DNA from: Gammaproteobacteria bacterium
Lineage (GTDB): Bacteria; Pseudomonadota; Gammaproteobacteria; G965277405
Length of the DNA stretch: 32,000 nucleotides
Direction: 5' to 3'
Assembly: GCA_965277405.1 (NCBI GenBank)
Contig: OZ255726.1
Span: forward strand, 2,052,675 to 2,084,674
Positions 17,436 through 27,331 of the stretch are shown one piece after another. Below the pieces are notes generated by a model. That model was not told where the DNA came from. It did not search any database and saw only the letters and a program-made list of their open reading frames with translations. Each line of letters begins with the position of its first letter. The stretch's first letter is position 1. A program made the position numbers and the translations under genes.

Positions 17436-18545
17436 ATGAAATTTTTAACACAGGAGAATGAAATGAAATTTAAGTCGTTGGTATCCCTTGGTCGCGCATT
17501 AGCCGTCGTCGCTGCAGTGCTTGCAGTTGGCACTGTATCTGCCGCAGACAAGGTCGGGTTTGTCTACGTTGGCCCAGTGGGGGATTATGGGTGGTCATAC
17601 CGCCATGACATAGGCCGTCAGTCTGTAGCAAAGGCTTTCGGCGATAAAGTCAAAACAACATTCGTCGAAGACGTCAAGGATGGTGCAGATGCAGAACGCG
17701 TCATCCGCCAGATGGCTGCACATGGTCATAAACTTATCTTCGTAACGTCATTTGGTTTCATGAACCCGATGATGAAAGTTGCCAAACTATTCCCGCAGGT
17801 AAAATTCGAGCATGTAACAGGCTATAAGCGCGCCAATAATGTTAGCACTTATTCTGGGCGTAAGTATGAAGGGCGATATGTAGTCGGAAAAATTGCCGGG
17901 ATGATGACTAAATCAAACATCATCGGCTATGTCGCAGCTTTCCCGATCCCAGAAGTTATTCGCGGCATCAACGCAGTTGCGCTTGCCGCTAGCAGCGTCA
18001 ATCCAGACATCCAAGTTAAAGTTATTTTGGTCAATTCGTGGTATGACCCAGGTAAAGAAGGGGATGCTGCTAAAGCCCTCATTGACCAAGGCGCAGATAT
18101 CATTATGCAGCATACCGATAGCCCGGTTGCCTTGCAGGTTGCGCAAAGCCGCGGCGTTTGGGGGGTTGGGCAGTCTTCAGATATGAAAGTTTTTGCACCA
18201 GAATGGCAACTGACGGCGATCATCGACAACTGGGACGCATATTATATCGAGCGCACCCAAGCAGCCCTCGACGGTTCGTGGAAATCCCAAGATGTATGGG
18301 GTGGTTTGCAATCCAAAATGATCGAACTTGCAAAATACAATGACGCCATTCCGGCTGATGTTGTCAACATCGCCGAAGCAACAAAAGCGGCGATTATCGA
18401 CGGCTCTTTGAAACCTTTTGCTGGCCCGTTTAACAAACAAGATGGTACGGAAGCCGTGGCGGCTGGTGAAGAACTGGACGATGACGCTCTGCTTGGCATG
18501 GACTGGTATGTAGAAGGTGTTCAAGGAAAATTACCGAATAGCTGA
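17436..18545 (+). CDS. BMP-family ABC transporter substrate-binding protein (true start may be ATG 17463)
   Basis: Signal peptide-like MKFKSLVSLGRALAVVAAVLAVGTVSAADKVGFVYVGPVGDYGWSYRHDIGRQ; BMP-family motifs. Confidence 0.88.
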   Translation: MKFLTQENEMKFKSLVSLGRALAVVAAVLAVGTVSAADKVGFVYVGPVGDYGWSYRHDIGRQSVAKAFGDKVKTTFVEDVKDGADAERVIRQMAAHGHKLIFVTSFGFMNPMMKVAKLFPQVKFEHVTGYKRANNVSTYSGRKYEGRYVVGKIAGMMTKSNIIGYVAAFPIPEVIRGINAVALAASSVNPDIQVKVILVNSWYDPGKEGDAAKALIDQGADIIMQHTDSPVALQVAQSRGVWGVGQSSDMKVFAPEWQLTAIIDNWDAYYIERTQAALDGSWKSQDVWGGLQSKMIELAKYNDAIPADVVNIAEATKAAIIDGSLKPFAGPFNKQDGTEAVAAGEELDDDALLGMDWYVEGVQGKLPNS

Positions 18546-18653
18546 CCTGATACACCACAACACCCCTCCAAACTCGCACTGGAAGTTGGTTGGTGTTAAG
18601 TTACTGGTTATAGAGAGCATATCGCAGCAAGTCTGCAACCCGAGTAGATGTTG

Positions 18654-18827
18654 ATGTTTGCCGAGCGCAATGCTGTCGATTTTTCATTTAAATCGATTGA
18701 GGAGGTGCGCTCTGCCTACGAATTCAGCAGACTTCAGGATATGAAAGATAATGTCATAGCTATAGCCGACGCACTGGATTTGACAAAACATCAAATTGCC
18801 ACCCTCGAGTCATATTTAAGCGCATGA
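18654..18827 (+). CDS. Hypothetical 57-aa protein
   Basis: ORF MFAERNAVDFSFKSIEEVRSAYEFSRLQDMKDNVIAIADALDLTKHQIATLESYLSA, not in the supplied track; its TGA (18825-18827) overlaps the ATG (18824) of the next gene. Confidence 0.45.
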   Translation: MFAERNAVDFSFKSIEEVRSAYEFSRLQDMKDNVIAIADALDLTKHQIATLESYLSA

Positions 18828-19981
18828 CCCTGGTTGCGGATCATACTGAAACCATCATGCATAAAGGCGAAGAAATTCACCTGCCCCTTTTTCTCGACCA
18901 TCAGTCGACAACCCCTCTCGCTGCGCAAGCTAGGGAAGCTATGTGGCATGCGTTTGAATTTCCAGGCAACGCACACAGCAAAACCCATATTTTTGGGCTC
19001 GATGCTGCTGACCTTATCGAGCATGCTAGGGGGCAAGTCGCAGACCTGATCGGTGCCCGAGCGGATGAGATCCATTTCACCCCCAGCGCCACCGCCTCCA
19101 ACCACCAGCTACTGTATCAAGTAGCCCGTTCTTCTAATAAGTCTGCACATTTTGTCACGCTGAACAGCGAGCATAATTCAATCATTGAGACTTGCGTATC
19201 CTTAAGACAAGCAGGTTACGCGGTCACCTTCCTCCCGGTGCAAGCCAACGGCAGGCTCGATCTAACATTACTAGATACAGCCATTAAGCCGGAAACCCGG
19301 CTAGTATCGATTCAGGCGGCGAATAATGAAACGGGGGTGTTGCAGGACTTGGAAGAGGTCAACAAGTTCTGTATCAACCGCAATATCCCCTTTCATACCG
19401 ACGCGGTGCAAGCTCTCGGTACGCAGAAGATTGATGTTGAAAATGGCATCGCGTGCATGAGCATTTCGGCGCACAAAATTTACGGACCGCAGGGGGTTGG
19501 TGCCTTGTATGTTCGCAGCGACCTTGGCGATTCTCTGTGTCCCAAACCAGCGGGTACACCAGCCACGGCTCTGATTGCCGGATTTGGTGCCGCGAGCGAA
19601 CTGGTTTGCATAAGCCGTGAACAGGATCATGCGCATCTTCTCACCCTTTCAACCCTGTTAATGTCTATTTTGACCGAGGAACTTGGCAACGATGTTTCGT
19701 TAAATGGCGATCGTAACCTTAGTATTCCCAGCTGCCTGAATATCATGTTTGCTGGCGTTGCAGCAGAAGACCTACTCCTCCAGGTCCCGGCGCTGGGTCT
19801 GTCGACGAACTCCGCCTGCCTCTCCTCATCAGGTGCTAGGTCGCACGTGCTGCAAGCGATGGGGCTGGATGCGACCCAGTCGGAGAGTAGCATCCGTATC
19901 GGTATGGGGCGTTATCTCACCGCGAATGAAGTTGATTATGCCGCTAACATGCTGGTGGATGCGTATAGAAGTTTGAGATAA
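18824..19981 (+). CDS. NifS-like cysteine desulfurase (PLP-dependent class V aminotransferase)
   Basis: FLDHQSTTPL, TPSATASNHQLL, AHKIYGPQGVGALYVR (PLP lysine), NSACLSSSGARSHVLQAMG (candidate catalytic Cys). Confidence 0.88.
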   Translation: MTLVADHTETIMHKGEEIHLPLFLDHQSTTPLAAQAREAMWHAFEFPGNAHSKTHIFGLDAADLIEHARGQVADLIGARADEIHFTPSATASNHQLLYQVARSSNKSAHFVTLNSEHNSIIETCVSLRQAGYAVTFLPVQANGRLDLTLLDTAIKPETRLVSIQAANNETGVLQDLEEVNKFCINRNIPFHTDAVQALGTQKIDVENGIACMSISAHKIYGPQGVGALYVRSDLGDSLCPKPAGTPATALIAGFGAASELVCISREQDHAHLLTLSTLLMSILTEELGNDVSLNGDRNLSIPSCLNIMFAGVAAEDLLLQVPALGLSTNSACLSSSGARSHVLQAMGLDATQSESSIRIGMGRYLTANEVDYAANMLVDAYRSLR

Positions 19982-19991
19982 TAACGCTTAG

Positions 19992-20268
19992 GGAAGCTAT
20001 GATTAAGTCCATGATGGGCGAGACGGAGAAAAAACGCTGATGATAACTAGACGCAGTGCGCAGATAATACTGGTGGTATTATCAAGTGCTGCAACGACGT
20101 TAGCGCAGCGTTTTTTCCCGGCCTTCTATTGAATATATGATGGTTTGCCTACAAGCGGTACTTGCTGTGTTGCATCCCTTGGCGTATATGCTACGGCATG
20201 CTCTTAGCGGTTTGCGCCTTGCAATCATCAGCAATTGCAGGCAAACTCGCTCCATCAGCGAGGCTTCA
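19992..20268 (+). repeat. MITE-like dispersed element, copy B
   Basis: GGAAGCTATGATTAAGTCCATGATGGGCGAGACGGAGAAAAAACGCTGATGATAACTAGACGCAGTGCGCAGATAATACTGGTGG..., nearly identical to copy A through most of its length; right terminus degenerate. Confidence 0.88.
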
Positions 20269-20328
20269 CCAAATGGTAAGCGCACATCAACCAGTTTATA
20301 CCAGTGCCAATGTTAACTATATTCTTTT

Positions 20329-20766
20329 TCATGTGCGTGCATATTTTATAAAAGGGGTTTTAGACCCTATCTTGTCGTATAAATTTCGGGCTGCTATATT
20401 GAAGTCCTGTGTCAGCCAATACACACCTTTCGCGTTTTTCTCGTCTGCACGCGCATAAATTTGTGATATTAATTTGCTGGCAACACCGTGTTTCCTGTAA
20501 TTTTTATCCACGAATAAATCCTGCAAATAGCAGATCTTTTCCTGCTGCCAGAGGTGTAGGTGATAAATACAGTGGACAATTCCCACTGCATTGCCGTCAA
20601 TGTATGCGATATATCCTTCACATTCTGCATCTTCGTCAATTAGTCGCGAAAAAGTCAAATCAAAAACAGTGTTGCTCCTTGCCACCTTGTAGAAGGCTAG
20701 GTATTGCTTCCATAACCGAGACCATGAATCTTTATGACAATCTGTTAAAGCGTGAATAGCTATCAT
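20329..20766 (-). CDS. GNAT family N-acetyltransferase
   Basis: 145 aa; CYLQDLFVDKNYRKHGVASKLISQIYARADEKNAKGVYWLTQDFNIAARNLYDKIG. Confidence 0.85.
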   Translation of the reverse strand: MIAIHALTDCHKDSWSRLWKQYLAFYKVARSNTVFDLTFSRLIDEDAECEGYIAYIDGNAVGIVHCIYHLHLWQQEKICYLQDLFVDKNYRKHGVASKLISQIYARADEKNAKGVYWLTQDFNIAARNLYDKIGSKTPFIKYART

Positions 20767-21106
20767 GTTACATCTCCAACATATTCACCGCCCTGCGACC
20801 CGTAGAAGATTACCCAGGTTTCAAGGCTGTTATGAAAATAGAAAAATTGCTGCTGCATGATAGCAGAAACAAACAAGAAGTCACATACCTCAAAAGGTAC
20901 AATTAGTTTTCCATCTGCAACTTGCCAGAGCCGGAGATCACTACTAGGGTCAGAAATACTTTTTTCATGTTGTTTGGTCTCAGTCGCATTGCATCATATT
21001 ACCCTCCTTAGTTGTAAATGCTACGGAGGTTGTTTAGACATCAGCTAACTAAGAAGCTGGTACTGTATTAGTTACTAAACAAAGGAGTACAGCATGAACA
21101 ACCCAC

Positions 21107-21219
21107 ATCAGCACTTGCTAATACCCACAAGTCCCACCAGTGTTATCTGCGCACTGCGCTTAAGTTTCATCAGTGTTGTTGCTCAGTCTCGCCCATCATG
21201 GACTTAAGCAGCGGTTGCC
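21107..21219 (-). repeat. MITE-like dispersed element, partial copy E
   Basis: Reverse complement GGCAACCGCTGCTTAAGTCCATGATGGGCGAGACTGAGCAACAACACTGATGAAACTTAAGCGCAGTGCGCAGATAACACTGGTGG...GTGGGTATTAGCAAGTGCTG. Confidence 0.75.
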
Positions 21220-21821
21220 ATGATTTAAACAAGTAAACAGCCGCAATGAGTGGACTTGGTACAAAATATATCCTCCATCGCTGCATCTACAGCGATGGCT
21301 GAGGTTATACACCACTTGCATCACATGTACGCGCAGCAGCGTTTGCAGTGGATATTGCGGGCCGACCGCCTGTTTTGCGCAGGTTTGGTGTAGTGTTTAG
21401 CAACAACTGCATTTAACTGCAGTTATGGAATAACAGCTGCTAATTTCTCAAGAAATATTTCTCTACGAGATTTGTGGTTTTGCAGTGCGTATTCCGACTC
21501 TGCAAACGTCATTTGCTTTATATCAATTCCCAAAAATAATAGTTAGAGTATTATGACAGATTAGTAGGGTTTTTTGGGGGGGGGTAGAGTGTCACTAAAT
21601 AAATGAAGAAAATTGAATGACACGTATACTGAATGTATTCCGTAAGTTTGCAGTATGTAATGTTCGTCCGCTACACAAAGCAGTAATATGCCGACAAATT
21701 CCCACGTTGTTGGCTGTGCAGACATTGCATATGTTGACTGAAACCAGAGGATGCGAAGATAAATTGATAGGATGGGAACGATTAAGAAGCCGAGGATAAT
21801 TCACTTTTTGGAGGTTGGAGT

Positions 21822-23129
21822 ATGAGCGTAGATTTTTTTAAAGATATTGAACCAGTCACCTTCAAAGGTCCAAGTAGTGATGATGCATTTGCGTTTCATC
21901 ATTACAATCCAGACGAGGTAGTGCTTGGGAAGAAAATGCAGGATCAATTGCGTTTTGCTGTAGCTTATTGGCATAGTTTTGCGTGGTTGGGTGGTGATGC
22001 GTTTGGTGGACAGACATTTGCAAGACCGTGGTTTCCACAGGACAGCATGGCAATGGCAAAAGTTAAAGCTGACCATGCATTTGCAATGTTTAGAATTTTA
22101 AACGTGCCATTCTTTTGTTGGCATGATGCTGATGTACGCCCTGAAACAGGAAATTTTCGCGATAACCTGAGTACATTGGATGAAATAACCGATTATATGG
22201 CAGGAAAAATGGCAGAAACAGGTGTCAAAGTACTTTGGGGTACGGCGAATATGTTTAGTCACCGTCGTTGGATGGCGGGTGCATCAACCAATCCTAACCC
22301 AGATGTATTCGCATTTGCAGCAGCAACAGTGAAGTCGTGTATGGATGCAACGCACAAGCTCAATGGTGAAAATTATGTGCTTTGGGGCGGTCGCGAAGGA
22401 TATGAAACGCTGCTTAACACTGATCTTAAATCAGAGCTAGACCATATGGGACGTTTTCTTAATATGGTTGTTGAATATAAATATAAGATTGGGTTCAAAG
22501 GAATGATTTTGGTAGAACCAAAGCCACTGGAGCCGAGTAAACATCAATACGATTACGATGCTGCAACGTGCTATGGTTTTTTGCAAAAATACGGGCTTGA
22601 AAATGAAGTTAAACTCAATTTAGAGCAAGGGCATGCCATTCTTGCCGGGCATACATTTGAACACGAACTCGCAACAGCAGCAGCATTGGGTGTATTTGGC
22701 TCGATTGATATGAACAGAAACGATTATCAGTCTGGTTGGGATACTGATCAATTTCCAAATAATGTGGCGGAAGTTGCATTAGCGTATTACCAAATTCTTA
22801 AAGCGGGCGGATTTACTGCTGGAGGTACAAATTTCGATGCGAAATTAAGGAGACAATCAATTGACCCACGTGATTTGATAGCGGCACATATTGGCGGCAT
22901 GGATGTCTGTGCGCGAGGGCTGAAATCTGCGGCTGCGATGATTGAAGATGGTGGTCTTGCAACGCGGTTACAGGCTAGATATTCTGGTTGGCAATCAAAA
23001 CAAGCACAAGCAATGCTGAACAGCGACCTAGCGAGCATTGCGCAAGATGTTCTTAACAAACATACCAACCCTGCGCCGCGATCTGGCGAGCAAGAGCTCC
23101 TTGAAAATTATGTGAATAGGTTTGTGTAA
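21822..23129 (+). CDS. xylA: Xylose isomerase
   Basis: [65 protein letters not shown]; RBS ggagg upstream. Confidence 0.96.
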   Translation: MSVDFFKDIEPVTFKGPSSDDAFAFHHYNPDEVVLGKKMQDQLRFAVAYWHSFAWLGGDAFGGQTFARPWFPQDSMAMAKVKADHAFAMFRILNVPFFCWHDADVRPETGNFRDNLSTLDEITDYMAGKMAETGVKVLWGTANMFSHRRWMAGASTNPNPDVFAFAAATVKSCMDATHKLNGENYVLWGGREGYETLLNTDLKSELDHMGRFLNMVVEYKYKIGFKGMILVEPKPLEPSKHQYDYDAATCYGFLQKYGLENEVKLNLEQGHAILAGHTFEHELATAAALGVFGSIDMNRNDYQSGWDTDQFPNNVAEVALAYYQILKAGGFTAGGTNFDAKLRRQSIDPRDLIAAHIGGMDVCARGLKSAAAMIEDGGLATRLQARYSGWQSKQAQAMLNSDLASIAQDVLNKHTNPAPRSGEQELLENYVNRFV

Positions 23130-23286
23130 CAATTTGCTGCCAACTGCCGCTTCATACCATGCGAGAGCGAACTGCGATGGTGGAATAGTGCGATGGCATA
23201 AAGTTTTGACACCAAGTGCAAATTCTGTATATTGATATTTGGCATGTGAGATGACTCACATATTTGGTAATTTAGGAGAATACAAC

Positions 23287-24312
23287 ATGAAAAAATTTAT
23301 TTTTATACTTGTTGTTTGCAGTAGTTTTTGGGCAAACATCTCGCTGGCAGCAGCTGTTAAAGTTGGGGTAAGTTGGTCAAATTTTCAAGAAGAGCGCTGG
23401 AAGACAGATGAATCTGCTATAAAAAGTGCGCTTAAAAAATTAGGTGCGGAATATATTTCAGCAGATGCGCAATCATCCGCAAGCAAGCAATTATCCGATA
23501 TCGAAAACCTGATAGCTCAAGGTGTTGATGCCTTGATTATATTAGGTGTCGATACTCAAGCGGTAATACCTGCGGTGCAAGCAGCAGCTGACGAAGGAAT
23601 TCCTGTTATTGCCTATGACCGCTTGATTGAAGATGACAGATCCTTTTACTTGACTTTCGATAATGTTGAAGTCGGTAGAATGCAAGCAAGGGCAGTGTTT
23701 AAAATTGCTCCAAAAGGTCGGTATGTAATGATTAAAGGTTCACCAACCGACCCCAATGCTGACTTTCTACGTGGTGGTCAACAAGAAATTATTCAACAAG
23801 CAGTGAGCGCAGGAGATATTACTATTATCGGCGAAAGCTATACGGATGGATGGCTGCCAGCAAATGCTCAAGCCAGTATGGAACAGATACTCACTGCACA
23901 TGATAATCGCGTCGATGCCGTGATTGCGTCGAATGATGGCACAGCAGGTGGGGTTGTTGCTGCATTAACTGCTCAAGGAATGGAAGGAATTCCGCTTTCA
24001 GGTCAAGATGGCGACCATGCTGCATTGAACCGGATAGCCTTAGGAACACAAACTGTATCTGTATGGAAAGATGCCCGTGCGCTGGGCAAGCACGCTGCAG
24101 AAATTGCCGTTGCTCTTGGTAATGGGGCTGATCTGGATGATGTAGCGGGTTCTGTTGTTTTTAACACACCCAAGAATGTGAAGATGAACGCATTGTTTTT
24201 AAACCCAGTACCTATAACAAAAGATAACCTTTCCGTAGTTGTCGACGCTGGGTGGATAAGCAAGTCCAAACTCTGCCAAGGAGTAACAGCTAAAGTAGCA
24301 CCTTGTAATTAA
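23287..24312 (+). CDS. xylF: D-xylose ABC transporter substrate-binding protein
   Basis: Signal peptide, VKVGVSWSNFQEERWKTDESAIKSAL, PVIAYDRLI, YVMIKGSPTDPNADFLRGGQ. Confidence 0.9.
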   Translation: MKKFIFILVVCSSFWANISLAAAVKVGVSWSNFQEERWKTDESAIKSALKKLGAEYISADAQSSASKQLSDIENLIAQGVDALIILGVDTQAVIPAVQAAADEGIPVIAYDRLIEDDRSFYLTFDNVEVGRMQARAVFKIAPKGRYVMIKGSPTDPNADFLRGGQQEIIQQAVSAGDITIIGESYTDGWLPANAQASMEQILTAHDNRVDAVIASNDGTAGGVVAALTAQGMEGIPLSGQDGDHAALNRIALGTQTVSVWKDARALGKHAAEIAVALGNGADLDDVAGSVVFNTPKNVKMNALFLNPVPITKDNLSVVVDAGWISKSKLCQGVTAKVAPCN

Positions 24313-24338
24313 TCATTGTAATTAATCATTAAAAATAG

Positions 24339-24378
24339 TATGCCCATCCGTTCTGTCTGATTTGATGGGCATATTTTT
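24339..24378 (+). terminator. Terminator/attenuator-like hairpin between xylF and xylH
   Basis: TATGCCCATC (24339-24348) and GATGGGCATA (24364-24373), perfect 10-bp stem followed by TTTTT. Confidence 0.7.
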
Positions 24379-24390
24379 ATGTAAGCCAAG

Positions 24391-25689
24391 ATGAAAAATA
24401 CTGTAGTTGCAGCAGATACAGCTAGCAGGCGTTCGTTAGCAAAAATCCTTGAGCTAGACGTGCGACTATTAGGAATGATTGGTGCATTTATTTTTTTATG
24501 TATTGCTTTTAATATTGTGACTGATGGACGCTTTTTAACGCCACGCAATATTTTTAATCTTTCTATTCAAACAGTTTCAGTAGCAATCATGTCCATGGGC
24601 ATGGTATTTGTGATTGTTACTCGACACATAGATTTGTCTGTAGGCGCAGTGCTGGCAATGACATCTGCGCTGATGGCTGTTGCGCAAACTCAGTTCATCC
24701 CGTATATATTTAATATTGATATCGGCGATCCAATGATTGCTCCCGTAACTATAATAATTGGTTTGGCAATAGGTGTGTGCATTGGCTGTTTTCATGGATG
24801 GCTGATTGGTTATCAATCTATACCCGCATTTTTGGTGACGCTCGGGGGGTTATTAGTGTGGCGTAACGTTGCTTGGTTTACCACAACTGGACAAACAATA
24901 GCCCCGCTTGATGCAAATCTACGCCTGTTAGGTGGCGCTGGAGGCACTTTGGGTACCAGCCTGTCTTGGGTAGTTGGCATTGGTATATCTGCAGCAGCAT
25001 GTTGGTCAATTTGGAGGTCTAGAAACAATAAGACGGCGCATAACTTTCCTGTCAAACCACTTTGGGCAGAATTCGTACTCTGCTTGTTGGCAAGCGCAAC
25101 AGTGCTTGGATTTGTCGCAATTTTGAATAGTTATCATATCCCCGCAGCAAAACTTGCCAGAATGTTTGCTGTGCGCGGTGAAACCGTTCCAGCTGGATAT
25201 TCACAAGGATATGGAATTCCAATTTCGGTGCTTATTTTGATTATCACTGCAATCGTAATGACAATAGTAGCGCGTAAAACCCGTTTTGGTCGCTACATCT
25301 TTGCCACAGGCGGTAACCCCGAAGCGGCGTTGCTTGCTGGGATAAATACCCGAATGTTAACCATTAAAGTATTTGCGTTGCTTGGGTTTCTTTGTGCACT
25401 ATCTGCAGTTATAGCCCAGTCACGACTGCAAGCACATACCAATGACATTGGTACGCTTGATGAGTTAAAAGTGATAGCTGCCGCAGTTATTGGCGGGACT
25501 GCACTTTCTGGTGGAATCGGAACAATTTATGGCGCAATACTTGGGGCGATGATTATGCAGTCATTACAATCAGGAATGGCAATGGTTGGTGTGGACGCAC
25601 CATATCAGAACATCGTTGTTGGCATTGTGTTAGTGTTTGCTGTATGGGTGGATTTTATCTACAGAAAAAAAGTAGGGTTAAAAACATGA
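24391..25689 (+). CDS. xylH: Xylose/sugar ABC transporter permease
   Basis: Multi-TM; [46 protein letters not shown]. Confidence 0.88.
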   Translation: MKNTVVAADTASRRSLAKILELDVRLLGMIGAFIFLCIAFNIVTDGRFLTPRNIFNLSIQTVSVAIMSMGMVFVIVTRHIDLSVGAVLAMTSALMAVAQTQFIPYIFNIDIGDPMIAPVTIIIGLAIGVCIGCFHGWLIGYQSIPAFLVTLGGLLVWRNVAWFTTTGQTIAPLDANLRLLGGAGGTLGTSLSWVVGIGISAAACWSIWRSRNNKTAHNFPVKPLWAEFVLCLLASATVLGFVAILNSYHIPAAKLARMFAVRGETVPAGYSQGYGIPISVLILIITAIVMTIVARKTRFGRYIFATGGNPEAALLAGINTRMLTIKVFALLGFLCALSAVIAQSRLQAHTNDIGTLDELKVIAAAVIGGTALSGGIGTIYGAILGAMIMQSLQSGMAMVGVDAPYQNIVVGIVLVFAVWVDFIYRKKVGLKT

Positions 25690-26450
25690 CCACAGCGCTC
25701 GTTGAAATGCAAAATATGTCGATTGCATTTGGTGGCGTGCAGGCTGTTGACCAAGTGAGTGTTGATTTAATGGCTGGCGAAGTTGTAGGGCTATTGGGTC
25801 ATAATGGCGCTGGTAAATCGACACTGATTAAAATGTTATCAGGCGCGTATCAACCAGATAGCGGCACAATACTTGTGAATGGTAAAAATGTAGTAATAAA
25901 AAATCCGCGTGATGCGCGCAAATACAATATTGAAACAATTTACCAAACACTTGCATTGTCAGATAATCTTGATACTGCAGCAAATATATTTTTAGGGAGA
26001 GAGCTGACAACACCATTTGGCTTTATAGATGCAGATCAAATGGAAGCGAAATCGAGAAAACTGATGCACCGGTTGAATCCAAACTTTACTAAGTTTGCTG
26101 ACCCTGTGCATGCACTGTCGGGCGGACAGCGGCAATCTGTCGCAATTGCACGAGCCGTGTATTTTAATGCGCGTATTTTGATTATGGATGAACCGACTGC
26201 AGCACTTGGACCACAAGAGACGCAAATGGTCGCAGCAATCATCAAGGAATTGAAAACGCAAGGCATTGGTATTTTTTTAATTAGCCATGATATTAATGAT
26301 GTTATGCAACTCTGTGATCGTGCGAGTGTCATGAAAAACGGTAAACTCGTGGGTACAGTGCAGATTGCTGATGTGACCGATGACGACCTGCTAGGAATGA
26401 TTATTTTAGGAAAGCAGCCAGCTAAAATCGCACACGCTGTGAGCAATTAA
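25686..26450 (+). CDS. Sugar ABC transporter ATP-binding protein, single ATPase domain
   Basis: [43 protein letters not shown]; 254 aa; ATGA overlap with xylH. Confidence 0.88.
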   Translation: MTTALVEMQNMSIAFGGVQAVDQVSVDLMAGEVVGLLGHNGAGKSTLIKMLSGAYQPDSGTILVNGKNVVIKNPRDARKYNIETIYQTLALSDNLDTAANIFLGRELTTPFGFIDADQMEAKSRKLMHRLNPNFTKFADPVHALSGGQRQSVAIARAVYFNARILIMDEPTAALGPQETQMVAAIIKELKTQGIGIFLISHDINDVMQLCDRASVMKNGKLVGTVQIADVTDDDLLGMIILGKQPAKIAHAVSN

Positions 26451-26910
26451 CTGGTGGCAAGCTCTGATATATGCTGTGTTGCAGACGTTCATTTTATAAT
26501 ATATTTGCCACGGGACTGAAAATATCATCCGGCAGGCAGGATGATAACCGAGCGCAATGCTCCTGCTAGAATGGTCAAGAATGGTCAAGAATGGTATTGA
26601 CTTTTGAAATTGGTGTTTAACGTATCCGCCATGATGACTACTCCATATCAAATATTGAAAGTGATATGGTTTGCTGCTGCAGTTCCAATTATGCCAACAG
26701 TTACATCCTACAATTTAAGAATGAACAATTACAATCAGAGGTTTATTTGCTAATGGTTGGTGTTGACTTTTAGTTGCTTATGCAAGCAGGATGGAGGGTG
26801 TTAGCAGGTGATAGTGGGTGGGACTAATTTAAGTAAAAGTTGGGTAAAGTGGGGGAGGGTAAATGTGTGCTGCGGAAATGAATATTCCGCAGCACCGTAT
26901 TTACGTGGTC

Positions 26911-27117
26911 TTAGACCGCGAGAACATTTGTTGCACAAGGTCCTTTTTGACCTTGCCCTACTTCAAACTCAACAGCCTGCCCATCTGCCAGTGTTGCGTA
27001 TCCGCCGCCATTTTTGATTTCGGAATGATGGACAAATAAATCTTGTCCACCAGCTTCAGGAGTGATAAATCCAAAACCTTTGTTGGCATTAAACCATTTT
27101 ACGGTACCTTTACTCAT
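26911..27117 (-). CDS. Cold-shock domain protein
   Basis: [34 protein letters not shown] (RNP motifs KGFGFI, DLFVH). Confidence 0.95.
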   Translation of the reverse strand: MSKGTVKWFNANKGFGFITPEAGGQDLFVHHSEIKNGGGYATLADGQAVEFEVGQGQKGPCATNVLAV

Positions 27118-27331
27118 ATTATATACTCTTTAAAAATTGGTGAAACTGTTAGTCTTCTATACATGAATCCACCAGTCCATCATAGAAGTTGTAACGTGCT
27201 CATTTGGTCTGCAGTGCTAATACCAATACAATCTAATATTCTCATAAGCAGACCATGACAAATTACTCGTATACTGCATGATGCAGTTAGAATTTCTGAA
27301 TGCAACTGTTTTTGTTAATCTATTTAGCAGA

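Noticed and set aside
21617-21799. 60-aa plus-strand ORF upstream of xylA
   Set aside because: No clear ribosome-binding site and no recognisable motif; region looks intergenic.
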